Source: Candidatus Omnitrophica bacterium UBA6253 (GTDB lineage: Bacteria; Omnitrophota; Gorgyraeia; Gygaellales; Profunditerraquicolaceae). From it: a stretch of 64,000 bases of DNA. The notes below the pieces were generated by a model. That model had not been told where the DNA came from and searched no databases. It saw only the letters and a list, made by a program, of their open reading frames with translations. The position numbers were made by a program, and so were the translations under genes. The stretch covers positions 193,722 through 257,721 of the forward strand of contig DJVP01000011.1 in assembly GCA_002441245.1 (NCBI GenBank), written 5' to 3'. This document shows, in pieces, positions 22,188 through 31,733 of the stretch; the stretch's first letter is position 1, and every line of letters starts with the position of its first letter.

Positions 22188-23234
22188 ATGGAGATTCGTG
22201 ATTTGCTTTTGATGTGTATTGAGAAAGGCGCCTCGGACTTACATGTTACGGAAAATGAACCTCCAATCTTGCGCATTGATGGCAGGTTAACGCGTACCTC
22301 ACTGGAAAAGTTAAATAAACAGGAATTAAAGAAGATGGTTTACGGTGTGCTTTCTAATTCACAGAAAGAGATTTTTGAGCGTGAATTAGAATTGGATTTT
22401 TCGCTTGCACTTCCAGACTTGGACCGTTTTAGAGTAAATATCCATACGCAAAAAGGCAGCGTTGAGGCTGCCTTTCGTCGTATTCCTTTGGAGATACCTA
22501 ACGTTGATAAATTAGGCCTTCCGCAGATTATTATTGATTTGGCGAATAAGCCCAATGGTTTAGTCCTGGTGACCGGCCCGACAGGCATGGGGAAAACCAC
22601 TACTTTAGCCGCAATGATCAACCATATAAATAGCGAGAGAGAGTGTTTGATTACTTGTATTGAGGATCCAATCGAGTTTATTTTCACTAATAAAAAGAGC
22701 GTAGTTAAGCAGCGCGAAGTTTATTCCGATACTCATTCTTTTGCCCAGGCGCTACGCCATGCCTTGCGTCAGGATCCCAATGTTATCGTGGTGGGTGAGA
22801 TGCGTGATTTGGAAACTATCTCAACAGCCCTAACTGCAGCTGAAACCGGGCATCTTGTTTTGGCAACCCTGCATACGCCTGATGCGCCGCAGACTATTGC
22901 CAGGATTATTGATGTTTTCCCGCCGCATCAGCAGCAGCAGGTTAAAATGCAGCTTTCTGATTGTTTGCAGGGGGTCGTTTCTCAGCTTCTTTTGCCGCAT
23001 ATATCCGGAAAGGGGAGGGTCTTGTGTACTGAGGTTATGGTGGCTACTCCAGGTATCCGCAATCTTATCCGTGAACAGGAAATTGAGCAGATTCCGACTT
23101 TGATGCAGACAGGTTTGCAGCACGGGATGCATACTATGGATAAATCTTTGAAAGAATTGCATCAAAAAGGTTTAATTACTTTGGATATGGCTATTTCTAA
23201 AGTGAAAAACAGGGAAGAATTTAAACAGTTATGA
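22188..23234 (+). CDS. pilT: twitching-motility ATPase PilT
   Basis: 348 aa; Walker A GPTGMGKTTT; Walker B VVGEMRDLET; His box GHLVLATLHT. Confidence 0.85.
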   Translation: MEIRDLLLMCIEKGASDLHVTENEPPILRIDGRLTRTSLEKLNKQELKKMVYGVLSNSQKEIFERELELDFSLALPDLDRFRVNIHTQKGSVEAAFRRIPLEIPNVDKLGLPQIIIDLANKPNGLVLVTGPTGMGKTTTLAAMINHINSERECLITCIEDPIEFIFTNKKSVVKQREVYSDTHSFAQALRHALRQDPNVIVVGEMRDLETISTALTAAETGHLVLATLHTPDAPQTIARIIDVFPPHQQQQVKMQLSDCLQGVVSQLLLPHISGKGRVLCTEVMVATPGIRNLIREQEIEQIPTLMQTGLQHGMHTMDKSLKELHQKGLITLDMAISKVKNREEFKQL

Positions 23235-23731
23235 TCCTGGAAGGAAAAAGCGTAAAATTAGGAGATAACATTAACACGGATTTTATTATTTCCGGAAGGT
23301 ATAAATTTGCGATTACGGATTTATCCGAGTTAGCCAAGCATATCATGGAGGATATTGACCCGAACTTCCCCCAGAAGATCACCAGGGGGCAGTCTATTAT
23401 TGTTGCCGGAAATAATTTTGGCATGGGCTCCAGCCGTGAACAAGCCCCTTTAGTAATTAAAGAGGCTGGGATTGTGGCAGTCCTTTCGCCTCAATTTGCG
23501 CGTATTTTCTTCCGCAATAGTTTTAATATCGGCCTGCCTTTGATTGAAACTGATACTTCTAAAATTGATGAATCAGACCAGCTTCAGATTGATTTGGATA
23601 ATGGTTTGGTAAAAAATCTTACTAAGGGCATGGATTTAAAGATCAGGCCTTTGCCTAAATTTATGCAGGCACTTCTTGCTGAAGGCGGGATAGTTAATTA
23701 TTATAAGAAATACGGAGAACTAAAAGTTTAA
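23231..23731 (+). CDS. aconitase-family dehydratase small subunit (LeuD type 2-like)
   Basis: 166 aa; overlaps the pilT stop by 4 nt; GNNFGMGSSREQAP. Confidence 0.8.
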   Translation: MILEGKSVKLGDNINTDFIISGRYKFAITDLSELAKHIMEDIDPNFPQKITRGQSIIVAGNNFGMGSSREQAPLVIKEAGIVAVLSPQFARIFFRNSFNIGLPLIETDTSKIDESDQLQIDLDNGLVKNLTKGMDLKIRPLPKFMQALLAEGGIVNYYKKYGELKV

Positions 23732-24817
23732 ATGGCGCATAAAATTACCTTGATTCCTGGTGACGGCATAGGTCGTGAAGTTTCTTTTGCGGCCCTCAGG
23801 TGTATTGAGGCAACGGGTGTAGATATTGAATGGGAAGAGGTGCTTGCCGGGGCTGAGGCGCTTGACGATACCGGAGAGATACTGCCGCAAGGGGTGCTAG
23901 ATTCCATAAGAAAAAATAAAGTTGCGCTTAAGGGGCCGATTACTACACCTATCGGTACCGGTTTTCGTTCTGTAAATGTAGCCATCAGACAGGCACTTGA
24001 GCTTTTTGCCTGTGTCCGCCCGGCAAAAAGTTACTCCGGCATAAGAAGCAGGTTTAATGATATTGACCTGGTTATTGTCAGAGAGAATAGCGAAGACCTT
24101 TATATGGGCGTTGAGTTTGAAGAAGGAAAGCCTGAAACCAAGGCTTTAATCAGCCTAATAGGAAAAGACACAAAAAGACATATCCGTCAGGATTCCGGGA
24201 TAAGTATTAAGCCCATATCTAAATTTGCTTCAGAAAGGATAGCCAGATTTGCTTTTGAATATGCCTTAAAGAACAATAGAAAAAAAGTTACCTGTGTGCA
24301 CAAGGCAAATATTATGAAGTTTACTGACGGGTTATTCCTAGGGGTGTCAAGAGATATTGCCCGGGAATATGCCGGCAAGATAATTTTTGAAGAGGCAATT
24401 GTCGATAATATGTCTATGCAGCTGGTGGTCAAACCGCATAAGTATGACGTTTTGCTGCTGCCCAATCTTTATGGAGATATTATTTCTGATCTTTGTGCGG
24501 GACTCGTCGGAGGGCTAGGGGTTGCTCCAGGAGCAAATATTGGTACTGACTGCGCGGTTTTTGAGGCAGTACATGGATCCGCACCGAAATATAAAGGGCA
24601 AAATAAAGTTAATCCTATGGCTATGATTTTATCGGGTGTTTTGATGTTGCATCATATCAAAGAGATTAAAGCGGCAGAGAGGTTGGAGAATGCCGTAAAA
24701 GAAGTTGTCGCCGAAGGAAAAACAGTGACGTATGATTTAAAAGCGGATCCGCTTGATGCAACTGCTGTTGGAACTAAAGAAATGGCGGATGCGGTTATTA
24801 AAAAGATTAAGCGTTAG
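23732..24817 (+). CDS. NAD-dependent isocitrate / homoisocitrate / isopropylmalate dehydrogenase family protein (IDH3-like signature)
   Basis: 361 aa; VHKANIMKFTDGLFL and LLPNLYGDIISDLCAGLVGGLG resemble NAD-IDH. Confidence 0.8.
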   Translation: MAHKITLIPGDGIGREVSFAALRCIEATGVDIEWEEVLAGAEALDDTGEILPQGVLDSIRKNKVALKGPITTPIGTGFRSVNVAIRQALELFACVRPAKSYSGIRSRFNDIDLVIVRENSEDLYMGVEFEEGKPETKALISLIGKDTKRHIRQDSGISIKPISKFASERIARFAFEYALKNNRKKVTCVHKANIMKFTDGLFLGVSRDIAREYAGKIIFEEAIVDNMSMQLVVKPHKYDVLLLPNLYGDIISDLCAGLVGGLGVAPGANIGTDCAVFEAVHGSAPKYKGQNKVNPMAMILSGVLMLHHIKEIKAAERLENAVKEVVAEGKTVTYDLKADPLDATAVGTKEMADAVIKKIKR

Positions 24818-24836
24818 TTAGGAGGGTTTAAAGGCT

Positions 24837-25757
24837 TTGAAAATTTCCGTTATTGGAGCCGGAAACGTGGGAAGTTTAACTGCAATGCGCATCGCCGGAG
24901 ATGGAGTGGGCGATGTTTTGCTTATAGATGTGGTGAAGGGTTTAGCCAATGGCAAGGCCCTGGATCTAGAGGATGCCCGGCCGATACTAAAATACAACTA
25001 TAATATTAAAGGAAGTGATGATATTGGGCAAGTCAAAGGTTCGGATATCGTAGTGGTCACTGCTGGCCTTGCGCGTAAACCAGGCATGAGCCGTGAAGAA
25101 TTGTTAGCTAAAAACGCCCAGATATTAAAAGATGTATGTTTAAATGTAAAGGAATTAGCAAGTGAGGCTATAGTTATAATAGTAACCAATCCTTTGGATA
25201 TTATGACCCTGTATGCGTTAAAGATTACCGGTTTTAAACCCCAAAAGCTGTTCGGCATGGGGATTAGTTTGGATACCGCCCGTTTTACTAATTTAGTAGC
25301 CCAGGAGTTAGGTTTATTGTGTACAGATATTGAGGCATTGGTGATTGGCGCTCATGGTGAGGCCATGATGCCGCTAGCTGGTTTTACGAAGGTCAAAGGT
25401 GTAGCGCTTGATGAGTTTATGGATGAAGATAAGATTAAATCATTAGTCGTCCGTACTATTGGCAGAGGGGCAGAAATCGTTGCAAATCTTGGGACCGGAA
25501 GCGCTTTTTTTGCTCCTTCGGCAGCAATTGCTGCAATCGTTAAGACTATTGCAAAGGATGAAAAACGTATTATTGGTTTATGCAGTTATTTAAACGGTGA
25601 ATATGGTATTAAAGATACTTGTATCGGTGTTCCTTGTCGTTTGGGCAGGGATGGCATTGAGAAGGTTGTTGAATTAGAGCTTTCCCAGGAAGAAAAAGAT
25701 AAGCTGAGTAAGTCAGCTAAGTCTATTGCCCAGGCAGCAGCGCAACTATTGGCTTAA
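24837..25757 (+). CDS. mdh: malate (or lactate) dehydrogenase, LDH-like family
   Basis: 306 aa; TTG start; ISVIGAGNVG Rossmann fold; IVTNPLD. Confidence 0.85.
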   Translation: MKISVIGAGNVGSLTAMRIAGDGVGDVLLIDVVKGLANGKALDLEDARPILKYNYNIKGSDDIGQVKGSDIVVVTAGLARKPGMSREELLAKNAQILKDVCLNVKELASEAIVIIVTNPLDIMTLYALKITGFKPQKLFGMGISLDTARFTNLVAQELGLLCTDIEALVIGAHGEAMMPLAGFTKVKGVALDEFMDEDKIKSLVVRTIGRGAEIVANLGTGSAFFAPSAAIAAIVKTIAKDEKRIIGLCSYLNGEYGIKDTCIGVPCRLGRDGIEKVVELELSQEEKDKLSKSAKSIAQAAAQLLA

Positions 25758-25762
25758 ATCCC

Positions 25763-27055
25763 ATGCCTATGTATGATTTAGCGGTTATCGGAGCAGGTTG
25801 GGCAGGTTTTAATGCTGCCTTAAGGGCAAGAGAGTCAGGCCTAAAGGTTTGTCTTATTGAATGCGGCCAAATCGGCGGGACTTGTTTAAACCGTGGCTGC
25901 ATACCCACCAAGGCATTAATTGCTTCTGCCAAGACATATTCGCTCGTAAAAAAATCATCCAGTTTTGGCGTTGAGTCGGATAACCCCCGTTTTAACTTCA
26001 ATAAGATTCAAGAAAGAAAAAATAAACTTATCTGGAACCTGGCGCAAGGCATGCAAAGCAGGCTTAGTGGAATTGATTTTATTAAATCAAACGCGGAGAT
26101 TATCCCGGGAAATGAAATAAAGGCTGATGGCCGTATATTGTCTGCCAAATTTATTCTTATTTCTACCGGAAGCCGGCCAGTTGAATTAGCCCAGCTAAAA
26201 TTTGAAGCGCCTAAAATAATCTCCAGCGATGATATACTTTTATTGCCGTCTGTGCCGAGGTCATTGCTAGTCATAGGAGGCGGGGTGATCGGATGTGAAT
26301 TCGCCAGTTTATTCTCTGTTTTAGGCACTGAGGTTTCTATCCTGGAAAAGCTGCCAATGCTTTTGCCTGGCGAGGACAAGGAGGTAGCTAGAAAAATTGA
26401 GGTTGTTTTTAAGAAAAAAGGGATTAAGATTTACACAAACGCGGATTTATCGGCTGTTGACTTGAATATTTATGATAAGATCCTGGTTTGTGTAGGCAGG
26501 GAGCCTAATATTTCTGGTTTGGGCCTGGAAGGTTTAAGTATAAAACTGGAGAAAAAAGGCATAGCTGTAGATGATTATCTCAGGACTAGCGTGGCCAATA
26601 TTTACGCGGCAGGAGATTGTACGGGGAAAGTTATGCTTGCACATTATGCTGCTTATCAGGGGATTGTGGCGGTTAAAAACATGATTTCAGATAATAAATA
26701 TAAAGCGGATAATCCTGTGGTGCCTGCCTGTGTATTTTGCGATCCTGAAATTGCCAGCGTTGGATTAAATGAAGAAAGGGCCAGCGCAGCCGGTTTTTCG
26801 ATTAAGGTGCATAGATTTGATTTTCGCGCTTCTGCAATGGCGCGTATTATTGATGAGCCTGAAGGGTTTATTAAGATTATTTCCAGGCAGGATACCGAAG
26901 AGATAATAGGCGGATGCATAATTGGGCCGAAAGCTGCGGAGCTTATCGCTATTTTGACCATGGCTGTTTCGTCGCATCTAAAGGCCAGCCAGATACGCGA
27001 GATTATTTTTGCGCATCCAACTCTTTCGGAATCTTTACGTGAGTGCATTGTTTGA
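25763..27055 (+). CDS. lpdA: dihydrolipoyl dehydrogenase (E3)
   Basis: 430 aa; GGTCLNRGCIPTK redox disulfide; AHPTLSE C-terminal motif. Confidence 0.8.
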   Translation: MPMYDLAVIGAGWAGFNAALRARESGLKVCLIECGQIGGTCLNRGCIPTKALIASAKTYSLVKKSSSFGVESDNPRFNFNKIQERKNKLIWNLAQGMQSRLSGIDFIKSNAEIIPGNEIKADGRILSAKFILISTGSRPVELAQLKFEAPKIISSDDILLLPSVPRSLLVIGGGVIGCEFASLFSVLGTEVSILEKLPMLLPGEDKEVARKIEVVFKKKGIKIYTNADLSAVDLNIYDKILVCVGREPNISGLGLEGLSIKLEKKGIAVDDYLRTSVANIYAAGDCTGKVMLAHYAAYQGIVAVKNMISDNKYKADNPVVPACVFCDPEIASVGLNEERASAAGFSIKVHRFDFRASAMARIIDEPEGFIKIISRQDTEEIIGGCIIGPKAAELIAILTMAVSSHLKASQIREIIFAHPTLSESLRECIV

Positions 27056-27081
27056 ACCGTGGCAATCTGAAGGAGGGTTTT

Positions 27082-27318
27082 ATGATTAAAGTCGTTTTAC
27101 CGGAATTAGGTGAAGGAATCTCCAAGGCGACTGTTTCATATTGGTTCGCTAAAAACGGGGAGAGGGTGAAGGATAAGGATGATTTGGTTGAATTAACTAC
27201 CGATAAAGCCACTTTTAATTTACCCAGTCCTTGTACTGGCGTAATCTCCGAGATAATGTATAGCGAAGGGGATACAGTGGAAGTTGGCCAGATATTGGCT
27301 ATTATTAATGAAGAGTAA
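27082..27318 (+). CDS. stand-alone lipoyl-attachment domain protein
   Basis: 78 aa from MIKVVLPELGEG; lipoyl-lysine context ELTTDKATFNL; ORF-track start 27043 is less likely. Confidence 0.6.
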   Translation: MIKVVLPELGEGISKATVSYWFAKNGERVKDKDDLVELTTDKATFNLPSPCTGVISEIMYSEGDTVEVGQILAIINEE

Positions 27319-27343
27319 GGCTGCAATATAATTCCCGCCCGCC

Positions 27344-27372
27344 TTGACAACCCCCGGTTTTTCTAGTATAAA
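27344..27372 (+). promoter_or_regulatory. sigma70-like promoter (TTGACA-17-TATAAA) in front of the HD-GYP gene
   Basis: TTGACA 27344-49 and TATAAA 27367-72 in an AT-rich spacer. Confidence 0.5.
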
Positions 27373-27413
27373 TATAACTATATTAAATTATATATAAGTA
27401 TAAATTTAAAGAT

Positions 27414-28580
27414 ATGGCGATTGATTATAAGAAAGAACTTCAAACTGCGGCTAAAAATATGATCTTTGTGCACGATCCTGATCTTTTGATCAAGATGATG
27501 GTGCGCATGATGGTTAGTAAGGCTAAGATTGCCCATGCCAGTTTCTTTTTGCATGATAAGAAAAGAGAAGGTTATTCGCTTACTGTTTCCAAGGGTTCAT
27601 TAGGCAAAAAGATCCCCTTAGATTTGATCCGGATTGATAAAGACGATGTGTTGATCCGTTTTTTCAGGTCTCATCTGAGTCGTTCTGTATTTGGCAGAGA
27701 GGCTTTGCTTTATAGCGAAGCTAAATCCGTATTGAAAAGCTCCAAAATAAAACAGGAGGTTAAGCAACAGCTAGCCCATGTCCTGTATCAAATGGAGCTT
27801 TTGGAATCTGTGGTTTGTATACCCAGCTATTTCCGTGATGAGTTATTGGGTGTTTTATTGTTGGGGAGAAAAGATAACGGCAGGAATTTTATTGATGAGG
27901 AATTGGATTTTTTCACCGCCCTTAATTCTAATGTGGCGATGGCAGTCAGGAATGCCCAGTTATTTAAAGAATTGGGCATTGAATTAGACCGCAAGCATCA
28001 GTTGTTTGTGCGCACAACCATTGCCTTGGCAGCAGCTATTGAGGCCAAAGATCATTATACCCATGGGCACACTACCCGCGTAACTAATTTAAGCCTTGAA
28101 ATTGCCCGGAGAATCGGGCAAAAAAATAAAAAAGATTTTGACGCCAAGTTTCTGGAGAATTTACATATTGCCAGCCTTTTGCATGATATAGGTAAGATAG
28201 GCGTACCGGAGCATATCTTAAATAAAAGGCATGAGCTTACCATAGGTGAGCGTAACCGTATTAAAGAGCATCCTATGATTGGAGTTAATATTCTTAAGCC
28301 TATTAAGGAGTTGGAAGGTTCCATGTTGGGAGTCAGGTATCATCATGAGCGTTTTGACGGCAAGGGTTATCCCGATGGCCTAAAGGGTGATCGCATACCT
28401 TTGATTGCTTCCATAATTTCTGTAGCGGATTCTTTTGATGCAATGAGCACTGATCGTCCATACCGCTTAGCCATGCCCAAGGATGATGTTGTTAATGAGA
28501 TCGGGCATTTAAGCGGCCGGCAATTTTGCCCACGCATTACAGATACCTTCCTGGAGCTCTGTAAGGAAGGCAGGATCTAA
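27414..28580 (+). CDS. GAF-like sensor / HD-GYP c-di-GMP phosphodiesterase
   Basis: 388 aa; HDIGKIGVP...HHERFDGKGYP. Confidence 0.8.
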   Translation: MAIDYKKELQTAAKNMIFVHDPDLLIKMMVRMMVSKAKIAHASFFLHDKKREGYSLTVSKGSLGKKIPLDLIRIDKDDVLIRFFRSHLSRSVFGREALLYSEAKSVLKSSKIKQEVKQQLAHVLYQMELLESVVCIPSYFRDELLGVLLLGRKDNGRNFIDEELDFFTALNSNVAMAVRNAQLFKELGIELDRKHQLFVRTTIALAAAIEAKDHYTHGHTTRVTNLSLEIARRIGQKNKKDFDAKFLENLHIASLLHDIGKIGVPEHILNKRHELTIGERNRIKEHPMIGVNILKPIKELEGSMLGVRYHHERFDGKGYPDGLKGDRIPLIASIISVADSFDAMSTDRPYRLAMPKDDVVNEIGHLSGRQFCPRITDTFLELCKEGRI

Positions 28581-28586
28581 TCCCTT

Positions 28587-29702
28587 ATGCAGCCTAAACG
28601 TATAATTTTAATGTATATATCAGAGGTGTCCGGGCATCGTAGTGCCACTATGGCTATTGAAAAAGCGCTTAAGGCGCTTTCGCCAAAGTGCGAGATTCTA
28701 AATATCAATGCTTTTAATTATACAAATCCTATATCGGAAAAGGTAATTAACCGGATTTATATGGAGGTAATCAAGTATACCCCTAAAGTTTGGGATTATC
28801 TTTATGATAACCCCAGCGTAGTTAAAGGGCTTGAAAAAATAAAAAATAGCGTGCATAAATCAAATTCACCTAAGTTCAAGAAGCTTTTTGATAATTTTAA
28901 TCCGGATTTGGTGGTTTGTACCCAGGCCTTTCCCTGTGGTATGGTTGCCGATTATAAAAAGGTTTATGGTTCAAATTTACCGCTGGTGGCAGTGCTTACA
29001 GATTATATCCCGCATTCATATTGGGTTTATGATTTAGTGGATTATTATATAACTCCTTCAGAAGATGTCTCAGAACGCCTGGCGAAGAAAGGTGTCGCGG
29101 CCTCTAAAATTAAGTCATATGGGATACCTTTTGACCATAAGTTTAACCAGAAGTTGAAAGGCGAGGAAATCTTTCGTAAATTAAACCTTGATCCGCGTAA
29201 GCCGGTAGTGTTAATTATGGGGGGCGGCCAGGGGTTGGGGCCGATTAAGACTATAGTTAAATCACTTGAAAAAACTAAACAAGATATTCAGGAATTAATT
29301 ATTACCGGCACAAATAAAAAATTATACCGCTCGCTCAAGCGTAAAATCAAGCGTTATAAAAAAGATATTCATGTTTTCGGTTTTGTACAGAATATCCATG
29401 AATTGATGCATATCTCTAAAGTGATTATTTCTAAGCCCGGAGGGGTAACTACTGCCGAGGTCTTAAGCGCCAGGCTCCCCATGGTTATTGTTAAACCTAT
29501 CCCCGGACAGGAGGTTAATAATACTAATTTCTTAACGCACAAAGGCGCGGCAATCAAAGTGGATGAACCTAAAGAGGTGTGCCGGGTTATCGATGAGTTA
29601 CTAGAGGACAAAACGAAAATAGATCAATTGAAACTGGCAGCTGCTGAGATTGCTAAGCCTAATGCAAGTATGGATATCGCCAAGCTTCTTCTGAGCATAT
29701 AA
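28587..29702 (+). CDS. MGDG-synthase-like (UgtP/GT28-type) diacylglycerol glycosyltransferase
   Basis: 371 aa; N-terminal MGDG_synth-like plus GT28 C-terminal (GGGQGLGP). Confidence 0.7.
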   Translation: MQPKRIILMYISEVSGHRSATMAIEKALKALSPKCEILNINAFNYTNPISEKVINRIYMEVIKYTPKVWDYLYDNPSVVKGLEKIKNSVHKSNSPKFKKLFDNFNPDLVVCTQAFPCGMVADYKKVYGSNLPLVAVLTDYIPHSYWVYDLVDYYITPSEDVSERLAKKGVAASKIKSYGIPFDHKFNQKLKGEEIFRKLNLDPRKPVVLIMGGGQGLGPIKTIVKSLEKTKQDIQELIITGTNKKLYRSLKRKIKRYKKDIHVFGFVQNIHELMHISKVIISKPGGVTTAEVLSARLPMVIVKPIPGQEVNNTNFLTHKGAAIKVDEPKEVCRVIDELLEDKTKIDQLKLAAAEIAKPNASMDIAKLLLSI

Positions 29703-29705
29703 ATC

Positions 29706-30563
29706 GTGTTAAATTATTATTTTTATCGTCTTGGACAATTTATCGCTTTAACCCTGCCAAATAGGATAGTTTATGGTATCGCGGTTTTTTTAGCCGACCT
29801 GCATTATTACTTTGCCTTTCGCGACAGGAGATTTGTAAAAGCCAATCTGAAGGTTATTTTTCCAGAAAAAGAAAACAGGCAATTACGAAAAATAAGTAAG
29901 CTGGTTTTTAGAAATTTTGCCAAATATTTGGCGGATTTCTTCCGTTTTGAAAAGCTTAACCTTAATTATATAGATAAAAACATAAAATTGGAGAATTTGC
30001 ATTATTTTGACCAGGCCTTGGCAATCGGCAAGGGGGTTATTGTCTTGACTGCTCATTTAGGTAATTGGGAGTTGGGCGGAGTGGTCCTGGCTCAATTAGG
30101 TTATCCATTTTGGGCAGTAGCCTTGCCGCATAAAAATAAAAAAGTTAATGATTTCTTTGTTACCCAGAGGGCTGTAAAGGGGGTTAATGTTATTGCCATG
30201 GGCAAGGCCGTCAGGAGCTGTATATCAGAAATCAGGAATAACCATATGGTTGCTTTAGTAGGCGACCGGGATTTTACCGAGAAAGGAATTGTTATAAATT
30301 TGTTCAATAAGCCTACGCATTTTCCCGAAGGTCCGGCAGCATTAAGCCTGATGACCGGGGCCAGTATTGTCCCCGGTTTTATGCTTAGGAACCCTGATGA
30401 CAGTTTTACTCTGAGGATAGAGAAGCCGGTTGAGTTTAAATCTACAGGCGATAAAGCAAGAGATTTAGCTAGCCTGGTTACGGCTTATAAGAATATCTTT
30501 GAAGATTATATACGCAAATATCCTGATCAATGGTATGTCTTCCGCAGGTTTTGGGTTGAATAA
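29706..30563 (+). CDS. LpxL/HtrB-family lipid A (lysophospholipid) acyltransferase
   Basis: 285 aa; HLGNWEL motif. Confidence 0.75.
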   Translation: MLNYYFYRLGQFIALTLPNRIVYGIAVFLADLHYYFAFRDRRFVKANLKVIFPEKENRQLRKISKLVFRNFAKYLADFFRFEKLNLNYIDKNIKLENLHYFDQALAIGKGVIVLTAHLGNWELGGVVLAQLGYPFWAVALPHKNKKVNDFFVTQRAVKGVNVIAMGKAVRSCISEIRNNHMVALVGDRDFTEKGIVINLFNKPTHFPEGPAALSLMTGASIVPGFMLRNPDDSFTLRIEKPVEFKSTGDKARDLASLVTAYKNIFEDYIRKYPDQWYVFRRFWVE

Positions 30564-30565
30564 AT

Positions 30566-31243
30566 ATGCGCATTTGTGTAATTATCCCAACTTATAATGA
30601 ATCTGAGGCTATCGCCGGTTTAATCAAGCAGGTCCATAAATTAGATCTTAAGACGGTAATAGTTGATGATGGTTCAAATGATGATACCGCAAGGATTGCT
30701 AAGGACGCCGGAGCAGAAGTTTTACGCAATCAATCAAATGCCGGAAAAGGCGCGGCTTTAATTAAAGGGTATGCATTTGCGGTCTCTCAGGGTTTTGATG
30801 CGGTGATTAGCATGGATGGCGATGGGCAGCATGCAGCAGAAGATATTAAGACTTTTATCCAGAAGGCAGAATCTTCTAGCTGTGGAGTTATTGTCGGTAA
30901 CCGTATGGCTATGACCAGAGGGATGCCGGTTTTACGCATTGCCACGAATCGTTTTATGTCATGGATAATTTCAGCGGTTGCCAAACAGCGTATCCCTGAT
31001 ACTCAATGTGGATTCCGCCTGGTAAAAAAAGAAGTGATCCAAAAAATAGGTTTATCTACATCTAAATATGAGACTGAATCAGAAATCTTAGTTAAAGCAG
31101 CGCGTTTAGGGTTTAAGATTGAATCTGTGCCGGTTGAGACTATTTATTCCGGGCAGAAGAGCCAGATTAACCCCTTTATTGATACTCTAAGGTTTATACG
31201 TTTCATAATTTTAGAATTTATCAGGAGCCTTAAGCATGCTTGA
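30566..31243 (+). CDS. family 2 glycosyltransferase (polyprenyl-phosphate sugar transferase-like)
   Basis: 225 aa; PTYNE...DDGSND. Confidence 0.75.
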   Translation: MRICVIIPTYNESEAIAGLIKQVHKLDLKTVIVDDGSNDDTARIAKDAGAEVLRNQSNAGKGAALIKGYAFAVSQGFDAVISMDGDGQHAAEDIKTFIQKAESSSCGVIVGNRMAMTRGMPVLRIATNRFMSWIISAVAKQRIPDTQCGFRLVKKEVIQKIGLSTSKYETESEILVKAARLGFKIESVPVETIYSGQKSQINPFIDTLRFIRFIILEFIRSLKHA

Positions 31244-31733
31244 TATTTTCTTAAGCTACTTGAAAGATTTGCCCAAAGATTATGTGGTAATGATCGTAGG
31301 GGCTTTGCCTGTGTCAGAGTTAAGAGGGGCAATTCCCTTGGCGTTGTCATTCGGGATGAGTTTATCAAAAGCTTTTTGGCTTTCTGTGCTGGGTAATTGC
31401 ATTATTGTGGCTCCGGCGCTTTTACTTTTTAAGCCGGTTACCGGTGTTTTAAGGAAATTTAAGATTTGGTCGCGGTTCTTTGACTGGATTTTTGAACGTA
31501 CCAGGAAGAATTCGGATGCTATCCAGAAGTACGAGGCTTTGGGGTTGGTTATTTTTGTGGCTATCCCGCTTCCTGTAACCGGTGCCTGGAGCGGAGTGAT
31601 TGCGGCATCCCTGTTTAAAATTCGTTTTCGTTATGCGTTTATTTCTATAGTTGCCGGAATTATTTGCGCCGGGCTTATTGTTACGGCTTTATGTGCTTTA
31701 GGTTTAATGAGCTGGAAGGCGGTGGCAGGGTGA
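31236..31733 (+). CDS. small membrane protein (COG2426 / putative small multidrug export family)
   Basis: 165 aa; about 4 TM; SELRGAIPLA. Confidence 0.55.
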   Translation: MLDIFLSYLKDLPKDYVVMIVGALPVSELRGAIPLALSFGMSLSKAFWLSVLGNCIIVAPALLLFKPVTGVLRKFKIWSRFFDWIFERTRKNSDAIQKYEALGLVIFVAIPLPVTGAWSGVIAASLFKIRFRYAFISIVAGIICAGLIVTALCALGLMSWKAVAG

